A stretch of 63,573 nt of DNA, counting the filler, from Octopus bimaculoides (taxonomy: Eukaryota), in the NCBI RefSeq assembly GCF_001194135.2. It is 6 parts of 6 records of this genome, joined end to end, with 100 filler letters (N's around TTAATTAATTAA, not from the genome) between each part and the next. Parts side by side here need not be neighbours in the genome. Positions count along the whole stretch, not along the records: positions 1 to 28,904 come from NC_068981.1; 5 more parts are not named here. One strand, 5' to 3'. This document shows, piece by piece, positions 12,711 through 25,475 of this stretch. The position numbers and the translations under genes are program-made. Positions within the stretch are counted from its first letter, which is position 1; each line of letters opens with the position of its first letter. The notes beneath the pieces are model-generated. The model was not told the DNA's origin. It was given only the letters and a program-made list of their open reading frames with translations, and ran no database searches.

Positions 12711-12864
12711 AGAGGATCCCAAAGTTCCCATAAGAACTGGTTACATTGCATAATGCAGCACACAGAAAAGAAATTAGTAGGTGATAAAATGCCATACTGT
12801 GATGCCATTTTACAGTTATATATGCCATCACTATGACTCCTTCTCATTGGTTAACTTATCTTAC

Positions 12865-14506
12865 CAGTGACAAATTAGATGCCACTGTTCTCCCATGTTT
12901 GTTTGTTTGACTAATTTCTTGCATGTTTTGCTCTATTATCTCAGAAACTACTGAAGCTAGATAATCTGACGTTTTATATAAATAAGGTACAGGTATAACC
13001 ATAGAGTCAAGAAGTTTATTTTGTATTTGATTCCATTGTGTGGCATCTTTGGTGTCTTTTACCACTACTTCAGATCAACCTAAGCCTTGTAAGTGAAACT
13101 GAGTAGACAGAAGCTGTGTAGGAGCACATTAGGTGGATTATATTAATTCAGGGGCACAGTTTTATTACACTGAATCATGTTGCTTCTGCCAGAGAATTAC
13201 ATTAACTACATATGCATCTTGCATGTTAATTCAATGAATATATTGTAGCAGGAATGTTTAGCGATCATATCACTATGTCCCATGTCATGAATATTACCTG
13301 TTGTTTGTTGTTGTTGGCACTCCATCGCTTACGACGTCGAGGGTTCCAGTTGATCCGATCAACGGAACAGCCTGCTCGGGAAATCAACATGCAAGTGGCT
13401 GAGCACTCCACAGACACGTGTACCCTTAACGTAGTTCTCGGGGAGATTCAGCGTGACACAGTGTGACAAGGCTGACCCTTTGAATTACAGGCACAACAGA
13501 AACAGGAAGAAAGAGTGAGAGAAAGTTGTGGTGAAAGAGTACAGCAGGATTCGCCACCATCCCCTGCCAGAGCCTCGTGGAGCTTTTAGGTGTTTTTGCT
13601 CAATAAACACTCACAACACTCGGTCTGGGAATCGAAACCGTGATCCTATGACCGCGAGTCCGCTGCCCTAACCACTGGGCCATTGCGCCTCCACGATTAT
13701 TACCTACATCATTGAAAATGTCTGACCGATCAAGACTTTGTATGGAACAGGTTCCAACAACAGTTTCATCTTTTTGTGCATTTATTTCTGAGTCTAAACA
13801 TCACCATATATTCAATACACCTTTTGCTACTACAACAGACTGTGAAGAGATGGTAGACAGCAGCTGATCCCAGCTGACAACACGAAAACTATGAACAGGC
13901 AGTGAAGGAAAGACGTTAGAAGATAGTAGCATGGCCAGCAGCTAAACAATAAACGAACAGCAACACCAACACCTGCTGACATTTTGACTACTGCTACAAT
14001 TATACCAATCCAAGAACAATAATATTCAAACACTCTCAGTGTTTCATCATTCATAATAACGACAACATTTTTCTTTGTTCATGAAAAGAATAAATATTTT
14101 GTTTATCAAGAATCTCAACAAATATCAGTGTTCTTCTTTGTAACAAGGTAATGCAGTGGATCAGACAAATAAATCCTTTTTGATTTATGAATATGCAATT
14201 GCATTCTCTAATGCTGATCATGCATATTAATGTAAACATGTAAGGATAGTTTTTTCACACCGAAATTATTACTACATGAAGAAGGCTGTGAAACAGCTGT
14301 AATCCTAAAGATGTCAGATGGTTAAAGAAATATGGTCACCTCTCATGTCTTCTGACTTCTTTGGTTTATGCACACCTGATTGAATCTTCTGCAAGAACAC
14401 TTTGCATTATGCTTCTCTCTATTGGATTGCTATATGGACTGTTAGTTAGATCAGTTAGAGGAGCTTTCTGTGATAGCCACACGGTTCTCTGAATCCATAT
14501 CTTATG
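12865..14506 (-). pseudogene. Possible decayed coding sequence of unknown product, interrupted by a SINE
   Basis: Unique sequence with clustered long minus-strand frames. After removing the SINE, a frame from 13941 runs 109 codons with one TGA. No domain recognised. Confidence 0.25.
13300..13694 (-). mobile_element. Full-length tRNA-derived SINE, family D, with 11-bp TSD
   Basis: Head GGAGGCGCAATGGCCCAGTGGTTAGG ... GGTTTCGATTCCC and a (CAA)n tail. TSD GAATATTACCT (13289-99) / GATTATTACCT (13695-705), 10/11 match. Confidence 0.9.
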
Positions 14507-14535
14507 CTACAAATTATATATGTATATATATATAT

Positions 14536-14655
14536 AGTGGCTGTGTGGTAAGTAGTGGGTTCAGTCCCACTGCATGGCACCTTGCGGGCAAGTGTCTTCT
14601 ACTATAGCCTTGGGCTAAGCAAAGCCTTGTGAGTGGATTTGGTAGACAGAAACTT
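14536..14655 (+). mobile_element. SINE family A, 5' fragment
   Basis: GTGGCTGTGTGGTAAGTAG ... GGTTCAGTCCCACTG ... GGGCAAGTGTCTTC. Confidence 0.75.
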
Positions 14656-14693
14656 GGAAATGGATGCATGGTGTTCAATCAAATAATAATATA

Positions 14694-14800
<107 letters not shown>

Positions 14801-15699
14801 TATACACACATGCATATATGGGTACAGGATGTCACCAACAGTAAACAACATGAAATATGGAAGCAAATGAGTTCAATATGCAAACAATGAGAGAGACAAA
14901 TGGAAAACAGGACAAGTAACATAAAGAATGACTCTTCATCAGTTGTCGGCTGTCTATCTACTCCTCATTTCAAGCATTGAACAATAATATGAGTCTTCGA
15001 AGACAGTTGCTCCATAAGTATCCAATTTAAAATTTGGGATTTATGGAGGATCAAAGCTGGGAACAAAAACAGCACAGTGGAGACATAAAAGGAAACCAAA
15101 TGAAAGCAAACATGGAGGGTCGTTAGACCAGAATGAGGGTAAAATAGCGAATGCTGGAGAAATATTTTCATTGACAAGAGAAAAGATAGAAGAGAGAGAT
15201 AGGATATGTGCTGTCCTTAAGACAGTCCTGAAAAAAAAGAAAGATGATCACATGAGGAAAAAAAGATGGACGATGGTCACGTGTGAGCAATGAGAGAGAG
15301 AAATGGAGAAAAAGGAAGAGAGAAAGAGACAGATATAAAATGACAAAGGGGAAAAAGGGAATTAGAGAAAGGATGAGAGAGAAAGCACTATACAGTAGAG
15401 GCGCATCAAAAAGATAAAGATAAACTTACTTGGATATGAATCTTTATGATGCGACTCTACTCTATAGTGTTTTCTTTCTCATCCTTTCTCTAATTCCCCT
15501 TTTCTTCCCCTTAACCGTTTTCTATCTGTCTCTCTGTCTCTCTTCCTCTTTTTCCATTTCTCTCTCTTGTTGCTCACACGTGACCAGCTCACTGCCTTTC
15601 AAGTATAGCATATTGTCAAAGGTCTTGGCCACTTGTCACTGCCTCCTTGAGGTCTAAAGATGAAAGGATGCTTTTTACATGCCATTGGCATGTATGTAT

Positions 15700-16245
15700 G
15701 TATATACAAATGCTTAACTGGATGTGCAATGTCAGTGTGCATGTACAACAGTGTAAGCATCTTGAGAGAAAAGGTAGGCATAAGGAGCATTAGATATAGT
15801 GTGCAAGAGAGACAACTGCGCTGGTATCGTCATGTGGTACAAATGGACGAGGACAGCTGTATAAAAAAAAGTGCTGATCTCTAACTGTGGAGGGAACCTG
15901 TGGAAGAGGCAGACCCAGGAAGACTTGGGATGAAGTGTTGAATCATGATCTTCAGATGTTGGACCTCAGAGGCAATGAAAAGTGACCGAGACCTTTGCCA
16001 ATATGCTATGCTTAAGAAGACCTGTTAAGCCAAGTGAAATTGTAGTTGTTGCTGATGCTGGTGTCTCATAACAGGCACCCTTTGAATGTTGAGCCTCACA
16101 GAGATGATAAGTGACCGAAACCTTTGGCAATATGCCATATTTGGGAAGACTCGTCAAGCCAAGTGAAATTGCAGTTGTGGCTGATGCTGGTGGCATGTAA
16201 AAAGCACCCATCACACTCTTGGAGTGGTTGGCATTGGGAATGACA
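15700..16245 (+). mobile_element. RTE-clade LINE 3' end (ORF C-terminus plus 3' UTR)
   Basis: ERQLRWYRHVVQMDEDSCIK, then a frameshift to VEGTCGRGRPRKTWDEVLNHDL. The UTR contains GAAGACCTGTT..CAAGTGAAAT and GGCATGTAAAAAGCACC, shared with family C, plus a ~100-bp tandem duplication. Confidence 0.85.
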
Positions 16246-16884
16246 TCTGACACGACTTTGTTTCTCCTCCTTGAAGTGATGAAAAGCAAAGTTGACCTCA
16301 ATGGAGTTTGAACTCAGACCATCAAGTTAGACAATAATAATAATAATGATAGTTTCTTTTCATATTCTTTTCATTATTACTGTTATCATTTGTGTTAAAC
16401 AACAACCCCCAACAATACTAATAACAATGATAAAAATAATAATAATAACAATAAAATTATAACAAACTGGACATTTCTTTCTCTTTTAAACTCTTTTCTG
16501 CCAATATTTTGTTTTTTTTTAGCCAATTACTAGAATATTAAGTATGCGACACCCTTCATCATTTGACATGTGATGTGATGTGGTGGTGGTGGGGAACTGT
16601 GGTTCATATAAAAACAAAATCAGACACTACCATCCCACATACAAATGAAATACAATAGAAATATTTTTATATGCAGAACTATATAGCAACAGAATTTCTT
16701 TAAGATATTTGTGATTATAATAATAGTAACTGCTGTTGTTGTTCTTTAGCCCTTGGATAGCACAATCAATCAGACTAGGTTTTTCTTTTTTTTAGATATA
16801 GCATATTCAGGACTACAATAATTTATGCATTTGCCCTTTGTTAAGGTCATATGGTATGTTTTGAAGGATGTTTCACTGGTATTT

Positions 16885-17030
16885 CTAGCAGGTTTAGCAA
16901 ATGAATAGAGGGTCCAAGGCTTTGGTTGGCCTGAGGCTATAGTAGAAGACACTTGGCCAAGGTGCTACGCAATGGGACTGAACCTGGAATCATGTGGTTC
17001 GTAAGCAAGCTACTTACCACACAGCCACTC
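16885..17030 (-). mobile_element. SINE family A, 5' fragment
   Basis: GGCTATAGTAGAAGACACTT ... CTTACCACACAGCCACTC. Confidence 0.75.
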
Positions 17031-17486
17031 ATATATATATATATANNNNNNNNNNNNNNNNNNNNNNNNNNNNNNNNNNNNNNNNNNNNNNNNNNNNNNN
17101 NNNNNNNNNNNNNNNNNNNNNNNNNNNNNNNNNNNNNNNNNNNNNNNNNNNNNNNNNNNNNNNNNNNNNNNNNNNNNNNNNNNNNNNNNNNNNNNNNNNN
17201 NNNNNNNNNNNNNNNNNNNNNNNNNNNNNNNNNNNNNNNNNNNNNNNNNNNNNNNNNNNNNNNNNNNNNATATATATTGAGAAGTCCACTGTATGGCGTT
17301 ATTATTTTTCTGTAATAATGCCCTTTATATAAATATAAACGAATAATTATATTCTTGGGAATAGAAATTTCCCTTATGAATTTTTTTATCCCTTTTTGAA
17401 TTTATTTATCAAATATATACACAGAATATATTCAATGTTGAATTTTTATTCCTGTCTCCACATGGGTACCCAAAAACAACCCTCTC

Positions 17487-18270
17487 AGAGTGGTTGGCGT
17501 TAGGAAGGGCATCCAGCTGTAGAAACTCTTCCAGATCAGATTGGAGCCTGGTGCAGCCACTGGCTCTCCAGACCTCAGACAAACCATCCAACCCATGCCA
17601 GCATGGAAAACGGACATTAAATGATGATGTTGATGGTATATCTCCATTTCCTTACTTTCTTTTGAATGATTATAAATCATGGTTTATATATAAACCTATT
17701 GTTTTATGAATATTATTATTCGCAACAAATATTAGATATTGAATCAGTAATTCATTGGATGATACCATCCCTTAATGAGGCTAATTTAACCTCTAATTGA
17801 AATTGTATATATCTGACTGGCCGTTGTGCCGGTGGTACGTAAAAGCACCCACTACACTCTCGGAGTGGTTGGTGGTAGGAAGGGCATCCAGCTGTAGAAA
17901 CTCTGCCAGATCAGATTGGAGCCTGGTGCAGCCTTCTGGTTCGCCAGTCCTCAGTCAAATCGTCCAACCCATGCTAGCATGGAAGGTGGACGTTAAACGA
18001 TGATGATGATGATGTGTGTGTTTGTGTGTGTATCGGTGACACATAAAAGATGATCATGCCAGTGACATTTAAAAGGCATCGAATAAAGGCACCCACTACA
18101 CTCTTGAGGTGGTTGGCATTAGGAAGGGCATCCAGCCATAGAAACCAACTGAATTCAGACTGAAACCTGCTACCAGTCCTGGTCAAAACGTGTCTAACTC
18201 ATGCCAGCATGGAAAACAGGCATCAAATGATGACGACAGCGACGATGACAACGGTGATGAAGATGATGAT
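17487..18270 (+). mobile_element. Three head-to-tail family C copies (~17487-17630, ~17815-18015, ~18050-18270)
   Basis: Each has GGAAGGGCATCCAGC and ends in (GAT)n. Confidence 0.85.
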
Positions 18271-18337
18271 ATATATACATATATGTACACTGGCAGTGCC
18301 CCAGCATGACCACAGGCTTAGGGCTGAAACATATAAA

Positions 18338-18379
<42 letters not shown>

Positions 18380-19212
18380 ACAAAAGAAATACTATTTATT
18401 ATTATTTATATTCTAAGTGCTTTCATTCCTTCAATGAAATTTTCAAAGACTGAGCATTATTGAGTAGTTTTTCTTTATATGTATGTGTTTGTGAGGAATA
18501 TCAGCTATTTGTTGAAAAATACCAGGAATTCAAATATATTTGCTAAATGTGTTTCCTTCTCTTTGAGTTTATAATTCACTGATTTGCAAAAGAAGTCAGA
18601 CTACCAGGAAGTCAATATGTAATTGAAAGTGGTTTTTCTTTGTTCTTTAACTAAGAGTACACAGTGTATGTATGTATGTATGTGTGCATGTGTGTATATA
18701 TATGTGTATTATGCATGTATTAATATATGTATGTGTGACTGTTTGCATATATATTTACACATATATGTGTGTCTGTATGTGTGTGTCTGTAAATAGACAC
18801 ATACATATATATTTATTGAATGATACAGCTACAGAGACTCACTTACAGGACATCAAGTTTCTGTGTCAATGATACAATGATCACTGCACTTCTTCAGCTT
18901 AGTAGGTCTAGTTATGTATCTCATTGAATAATCAATACCATACAGGTCCAAGCTGAAGTGCTTTTCATGAAAGAGNNNNNNNNNNNNNNNNNNNNNNNNN
19001 NNNNNNNNNNNNNNNNNNNNNNNNNNNNNNNNNNNNNNNNNNNNNNNNNNNNNNNNNNNNNNNNNNNNNNNNNNNNNNNNNNNNNNNNNNNNNNNNNNNN
19101 NNNNNNNNNNNNNNNNNNNNNNNNNNNNNNNNNNNNNNNNNNNNNNNNNNNNNNNNNNNNNNNNNNNNNNNNNNNNNNNNNNNNNNNNNNNNNNNNNNNN
19201 NNNNNNNNNNNN

Positions 19213-19341
19213 TTTACGTGTCACCCGCACGAAAACGGCCACGCTCGAAATGGTGTCTTTTATGTGCCACCCGCACAAGAGCCAGTCCAGGGGCACTGGC
19301 AACGATCTCGCTCGAAAATCCTACAAAGGCCAGTCAGGCGG
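19213..19341 (-). mobile_element. Family C copy with the same rearranged end as 4030-4160
   Basis: Near-identical ending ...CAAAGGCCAGTCAGGCGGTA(TA)n. Confidence 0.8.
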
Positions 19342-19389
19342 TATATATATATATATATATGTCTGTACGTATTGTCGTTGTCGTTTAAC

Positions 19390-19570
19390 GTCCGCTTTCT
19401 AAATATAACAAAGAATTTAGTAAAATAACTTAGTTATCGTTAAGCTAGTGTTAGGAACATAAATTGTGACTAAGGTTTGGTAGAAAATTTTAATTGAAAA
19501 CTTATGAAAATAAGACATTTGTACTACAGAGCCAGAGCTGGTTTCAGCTGGGCTGGTAACGAAAGGGTTA
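19390..19570. mobile_element. Orphan end of a piggyBac-like non-autonomous element
   Basis: Ends GGTAACGAAAGGG-TTAA (piggyBac-type CCC terminus plus TTAA). The partner end was not found. Confidence 0.45.
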
Positions 19571-19859
19571 ACAAACTGTGCGTGGCAACAAAAGAGGTAG
19601 ACCTCAAAATCATTGGAAACAAAGGTGAATCTCTTTTGTCATTATACATGGTTTGTTAATATTACACACACACACCATCATCCTCAACATCATCATCATT
19701 TACTGTCTGTTTTCCATGCCTGCATGGGCTGGATGGGGTGACAGATGCTGGCCTGCCAGAGAGCTGACCAGGCTTCAATTCTCTGTTTTGGCATGGTTTT
19801 TATGGTTGGGCGACCTTCCTAATGCTGACCACTTTACAGAGTGGCCCAGTTTGTATGTT

Positions 19860-20230
19860 TTTTACTTGTCTCAGTCATTGGACTGTGGCCATGCTGGGAC
19901 ACTGGTTCTGAAGAATTTAGTCAAACAAATTGACTCCAATACTTATGTTTTTTTAAAGCCTGATGCTTATTCTATATATGTCTTTTTGGACCAAACCGCT
20001 AAGTTACAGGGATGTAAACAAACCAACACTGGTTGGTTGTCAAGCACAAACAAAAAGACACACTAAGATATATACATATACCACACACACACACGTGATA
20101 GCAGGCATCTTTTGGTTTCCGTTTACCAAATCCACTCTCACAAGGCTTTGGTTGGCCCAAGGCTATAATAGGACAGAACCCAAACCATATGGTTCTGATG
20201 CAAAAATTCTCATCACACATCATGCCTACT
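19860..20230 (-). mobile_element. Degenerate SINE family A
   Basis: CCGCTAAGTTACAGGGATGTAAAC ... CCAAATCCACTCTCACAAGGCTTTGG. Confidence 0.7.
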
Positions 20231-20940
20231 TCTATACATACATACGTGTATACGTACATACATACATACATACATACCCACAAAACACACACACACATAT
20301 ATATACCGTATATACTCAAAAAAAAGTTGATCTCATGTAAAAGTTAACTCCCTATTTTTGTCTAAAAAATTGAGAATTTTCCATAGACCCAGTATAAAAG
20401 TCAACCCTAATATTTCATGAACAACAGGACAACATTTGTGGGCCAAGGTACCGCATTATCCTGTATGTAGAAATAACACAGTCACAAAATTGTGTGGCTA
20501 CCTTACCGTAGCCTGCTCTATAGGTGGAAAGCTTAGGGCTTACAATGGAATGCTCAGTGCTTATAATAAAACACCATTTAATAGTGAGCACTACACATCT
20601 GTTGATGGGAGTTACATTACCATTACTAAATTGTATGTACAGGATATGCTGCAAGCCTGCATACGTCTTGAAGCATAATAAACACATGCGTCATACTCAT
20701 TGTTGTTTACATAGTGAGAAATGTGTTTCACAGACAGCACTATTGACAAACACCACTGTCTAAGTTCATGCAAAGGCATGACAGATCTTTTCGGTTTGGT
20801 TGCCAATGGCTCCAAACATTAAAGTTTACTGAAAATTTTATAATTTGGCATAATAATACACTTGCCCAAACTGAATTGCTGGACATTATTTACATTATTT
20901 ATATTCGACGGATATTTATCCTCATCTTGTTTGTTGTTAA

Positions 20941-20980
20941 CACAACGTTTCGGCTGATATACCCTCCAGCCTTCTTCAGG
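20941..20980 (-). ncRNA. Penelope-type hammerhead core with a disrupted stem I
   Basis: Minus strand: CTGAAGA-a-GGCTG gagggtatat CAGCC-GAAA-CG-TT-GTGTT, with palindromic AACGTT stem III. The 5' strand of stem I is replaced at a junction. Confidence 0.55.
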
Positions 20981-21884
20981 ACAAATATCCGTCAAATGTA
21001 AATACTGTAAATAATGTAAATAAAGTACATAATTCCTCATCTCTTAGATATAGAACTGAATTGCTGGAGTTATTTCATTTTTTCCAGAAAAATGTTTTAA
21101 AAAAATTATAGAGGTTTAAGGTTGGATCACTTTCACCCAGTCAGGAAACAGGATTTGGAAGCTGTCATTTTGTGCTTGACTGCACATTTTGTCGTCAACA
21201 TCCTGAAAATAGCATGTGTTGTCAATATTTATAAACAACCCATGTTATGTCTCTAGTAATTTTCTTTCATGTAAATAAATGTTTATATTAATTTTAAAAT
21301 TTGCTACCAAAATATTATAAAATGATGATGTTCCAAATGATATACCATGCTTCCTTGCAAATAAAAGACTTTTCAAAGACTGCTGTCAACACATGCTTCC
21401 TCACAGACTTACTTTTCAAAGACTGTTACTATGGCAACAAGCAAAAGAGTTCTCATGTTTCCGTTTGTTACTATTGAAACAGACATGAATGTGTCTGTGG
21501 CCTACGATTGGTTAAAATTACCAAAATTTTCAAACTTTAATTACTAATAACTCTTTATTTATTGATTTATAGCGAAAATTACTTTCACGTCATTAATTAG
21601 CCTCTAAAAGTGTATCATTACACTGAATATGAAATCAATTCAAACAGAAAATTGATGCTGGCAACCAAACAGAGAAGATCCAGCATGGCTTTGATAAGCC
21701 AAAAGACATTCAATTAATCGCTAGATCAGTGGTTCCCATGCGACTTTTATATTTTCCTCATCTCCAAATACAATAAACACATGCATCATATGCTTGTCTG
21801 TTTACATGGTGAGAAACTTGTTTCACAGATAGCACTGTTGACGAACAACAGCAAACACCACTGTATGGATTCATACAGAGACAT

Positions 21885-22135
21885 CATCATCGTCATCATC
21901 ATCATCGTTTAATGTCCGCTTTCCATGCTAGCATGGGTTGGACGATTTGACTGAGGACTGGTGAACCAGATGGCTACACCAGGCTCCAATCTGATTTGGC
22001 AGAGTTTCTACAGCTGGATGCCCTTCCTAACGCCAACCACTCTGAGAGTATAGAGGGTACTTTTATGTGCCACCGGCACGAAGGCGAGTCTGGCGGTACT
22101 GGCAACGGCCACGCTCAAAATGGTGTATTTTACGA
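21885..22135 (-). mobile_element. Family C copy
   Basis: (CAT)n tail and family core. Confidence 0.85.
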
Positions 22136-22649
22136 CTTTGGTAAACTTAAAAACATTTAGTTAATCACTAGATCAGTGACTCCCATGGAATCCTTCAACA
22201 TTTTTTGCCACAGAATCTTTTAAAAATATTGAACCCCTGATAACTTTCAGGGAACCCTGGGGTTTTGCACGACACATTTCTGGAATCCCTGCTTCAGATT
22301 AACAACTCTACACTATATTATGGACATTTACTGGTAACTGCACATAAGCACTACACGGTCTTGTTTATAGGTTTCGTTATTTACAAGGACGCATGTTTTG
22401 ATGTATAGAATTGGTAATATTACTATAATTCATTGTGTTTTTATTTTTATCCCTCACTTAGAGATTAGTTGGGCTTCTGCTGCTGATACGGTACATCATT
22501 CTAGCTTGAATTTCAGCCCCACAAAAGTAGTATCCATGTAATAGTTGACCCCATCAATTCGACCTTAAAAAATGGTCTAAAAAGTTCGACTTTTACATGA
22601 GTTTATATGGTATATATGTTGGTATATATGTTATATGTATGTATGTATG

Positions 22650-22916
22650 TATTCTTTGATTTTTGTACTTGTTTCAGTCATTTAGCTGTGGCCATGCTGG
22701 AGCACCACCTTTAGTCGAACAAATCGACCCCAGGAATTATTCTTTGTAAGCCTAGTACTTATTCTATCGGTCTCTTTTGACGAACCACTAAGTTATGGGG
22801 ATGTAAACACACCAACATTGGTTGTCAAGCGATGGTGGTGGTGGTGGGGGGGGCACAAACACAGACACGCAAATACGTACATACATACATACATACATAT
22901 ACACACACACACACGC

Positions 22917-22956
<40 letters not shown>

Positions 22957-24190
22957 ATATATGTAGTGAAACTACCTATCGCCATTATATACAAACAAAC
23001 CATCTTCTCCCACTGTTATAAATATATTCAAGTTCGGGCGTAGTAGAGAGCAGCATACTGTATCCATCACGTGACTGATTCTTATTTGAAGCGGCAACTG
23101 CCTCGTACCGTTCCCGCCAGAACGCAAATCGACCAACCACAACCCTTAATAAGGTCACGTGATAGTGTTTTTCTAATGCTTCTGTAGAGCCTACTTTCAG
23201 CTATAAATAGACTAAATTATACCCGCCAAATCGTCGTGGCTCAGATCTTAGATCTGGTTGTTTGACCACACACGCGTAACACAGCAGCAACCAGTTTCCA
23301 GCGACGACATCGACACCATCGTACAACTATGAACTACAAGCATCGCCACCGACGTCGCCTGCAGCAACACGGCACTACGACTACCAGCACCACTACCAGC
23401 ATCAACATGACTTCTACGTACACCAGCTACCAACAGCCAACCAAACTACCGCAGAACTTCTCTCTTCGATCCTGTTTGTCTGATTCGCCTCACCACGAAA
23501 TAACAGCCAAGAAATCAGCCTGCGAAGGACATCTGTACTCAAGAACCCGGCTTGGCATGGAAGCCCTAACATCACAACTAGTGATCGCTCTGCCACACAC
23601 GTCTTAACTTCTTATACAGACACTTACCACTGTGTACTCTAAGAACTGGTACCTTAAATCCTTATACGTGTTACTGACTCATATTCAATACTGTGTATCT
23701 CTCGTACCCACATACATGTATCACTTACACACTCTTTTCTTTACATGACGGCCTGTATTTTATTGTGTTTCATTATGTCGCATTCACTCACACACAGACA
23801 TACAACTTAATGCTACAATAAATCTTACTGTTATTCATCTTTATCGGTTGTGTTCTATCGTCTTCCTTACTGGCATTTACGAATTCACTATGTTATCGAA
23901 GTATAACATATTTATATCATTTGATATATTTTGTGTTCGACCGTGTGACACGTTATAAGAAGGGAGCCCTGTTTTTCCATTCGTCACCATTTCTCCTTTT
24001 GGGGTTCGCACGGTCGTTCTTACATATATATATACGATGAGCACCTTTCAGTTTCCGTCTACCAAATTCTCTCACAATGCTTTGATTGGCCTGAGGTTAT
24101 AGTAGAAGACACTTGCCCAAGGTGCCATGCAGTGGGACTGTACCTGGAACCACGTGGTTTGGAAGCAAGCTTCTTACCACACAACTACTC
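22650..24190 (-). mobile_element. SINE family A split by a solo LTR
   Basis: The 3' half lies at 22650-22961 and the 5' half at 24025-24190; they rejoin through the internal (TA)n. Confidence 0.85.
22962..24024 (+). mobile_element. Solo LTR, 1063 bp
   Basis: TGTA...TACA termini, TATA 4-bp flanks on both sides, TATAAATA near 23203 and AATAAA near 23817. It cleanly interrupts a SINE. Confidence 0.8.
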
Positions 24191-24714
24191 TTGAAGAACC
24201 AGTGGTACTTACACACAACCACTTAGCAGAGAGAGGTGTGTGCTTTTTAATTGCCACCAGCATCCGTTTAGTTTCATTTGAGCAAATGCCTCATAACATG
24301 CACTTGAAAGCTCCCATGCATTTTGTTCACAAGCACGTATTAATTCCATCTCCTGGGGTAATCCACTGGTATGGGTATATACATGGAACTCCTTTCTGCT
24401 TAGGATTAATATAACAGTTACAATAATAACATGACGATGGAAATTCATAGGTTTAATTACGCACCATAACATATGTTTCTACATCACATACCATAGTTAG
24501 ATTGCAATTTCCATATTCATATAAAATTACTTAAGATTACTCTCAATAATTATGTACTTGAATACTTTTTTTTTAGTTCCGTTGTTAGTGTGAATGCTTA
24601 AACTTAAATGATATATAAATATGAAAATTGCAACCTAATGACAGTGATGGTGTGTGATGTAGAATCATATGTTGCGGTGTATAATTAAAGCCTATGAATT
24701 GACATCCTTATGTT

Positions 24715-24952
24715 GGTAAACTGGCAAAATCATTAGCATGCTGGGCAAAATGCTTAGCAGTATTTCCTCTGTCCTTACATTCTGAGTTCAAATTCCACTG
24801 AGGTCAGCGTTATCTTTCATCCTTATGGGGTTGATAAAATAAGTACCACATGAATACGGAGTTTGATGTAATCCACTTACCCACACTTCAAAACTGCTGG
24901 CCATGTAACGAAATTTGAAATCGTTATAATTATTACTATAATAATAATAGTA

Positions 24953-24965
<13 letters not shown>
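24715..24965 (+). mobile_element. SINE family B with TAT/TAA tail
   Basis: CTGAGTTCAAATTCCACTGAGGTCAG ... CTTTCATCCTTATGGGGTTGATAAAATAAGTACC. Confidence 0.8.
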
Positions 24966-24985
<20 letters not shown>

Positions 24986-25346
24986 GTATAACCACACACT
25001 GTCTCCCACACATACAGGCTTGTCTTTTTGGGTGTCAGTGGTACTTAAAAAGCATCAGTGCCAGTACTGCGTTAGTACACCCGAGCTGGTGGCAATTAAA
25101 AAGCACAAAGCACACTTTGCTAAGTGGTGGGTATTAGGAAGGGCATCTAGCCATAAAAAAACCATACCACATATATAACCATGTATACATATATACATAT
25201 ATACATGCAATTAGCATGTATACGTGTATTTATGTATGCATGTATTATGTATTTGATACAAGGAAATTATTGTGTAAGCACTTTCACTGACTGCAGTTTT
25301 TCAAACACACTTAATTGAAGGAGGTATTATACCAAGTGTGTTATAA

Positions 25347-25475
<129 letters not shown>

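Larger units (their letters stand above)
20306..22610. mobile_element. Old Tc1/mariner (pogo/Tigger-like) relic with nested insertions
   Basis: Left end TA-CCGTATATACTCA and right end TGAGTTTATATGG-TA (11/13 complementary), with subterminal CTCATGTAAAAGT repeats. No transposase recognised inside. Confidence 0.45.

Noticed and set aside
12946-12987. + strand 42-nt segment KLLKLDNLTFYINK resembling a VPS13 N-terminal motif
   Set aside because: Too short to call, the phase does not fit the neighbouring candidate exon, and no other VPS13-like sequence is visible.
13620-13694. tRNA gene
   Set aside because: The tRNA-like head continues into a SINE body, tail and TSD; the same applies to the family A and B heads.
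13801-13803. In-frame TGA as selenocysteine or an editing-rescued stop
   Set aside because: The context matches no selenoprotein motif I know, no SECIS was identified, and nearby frames contain other stops; decay is the simpler explanation.
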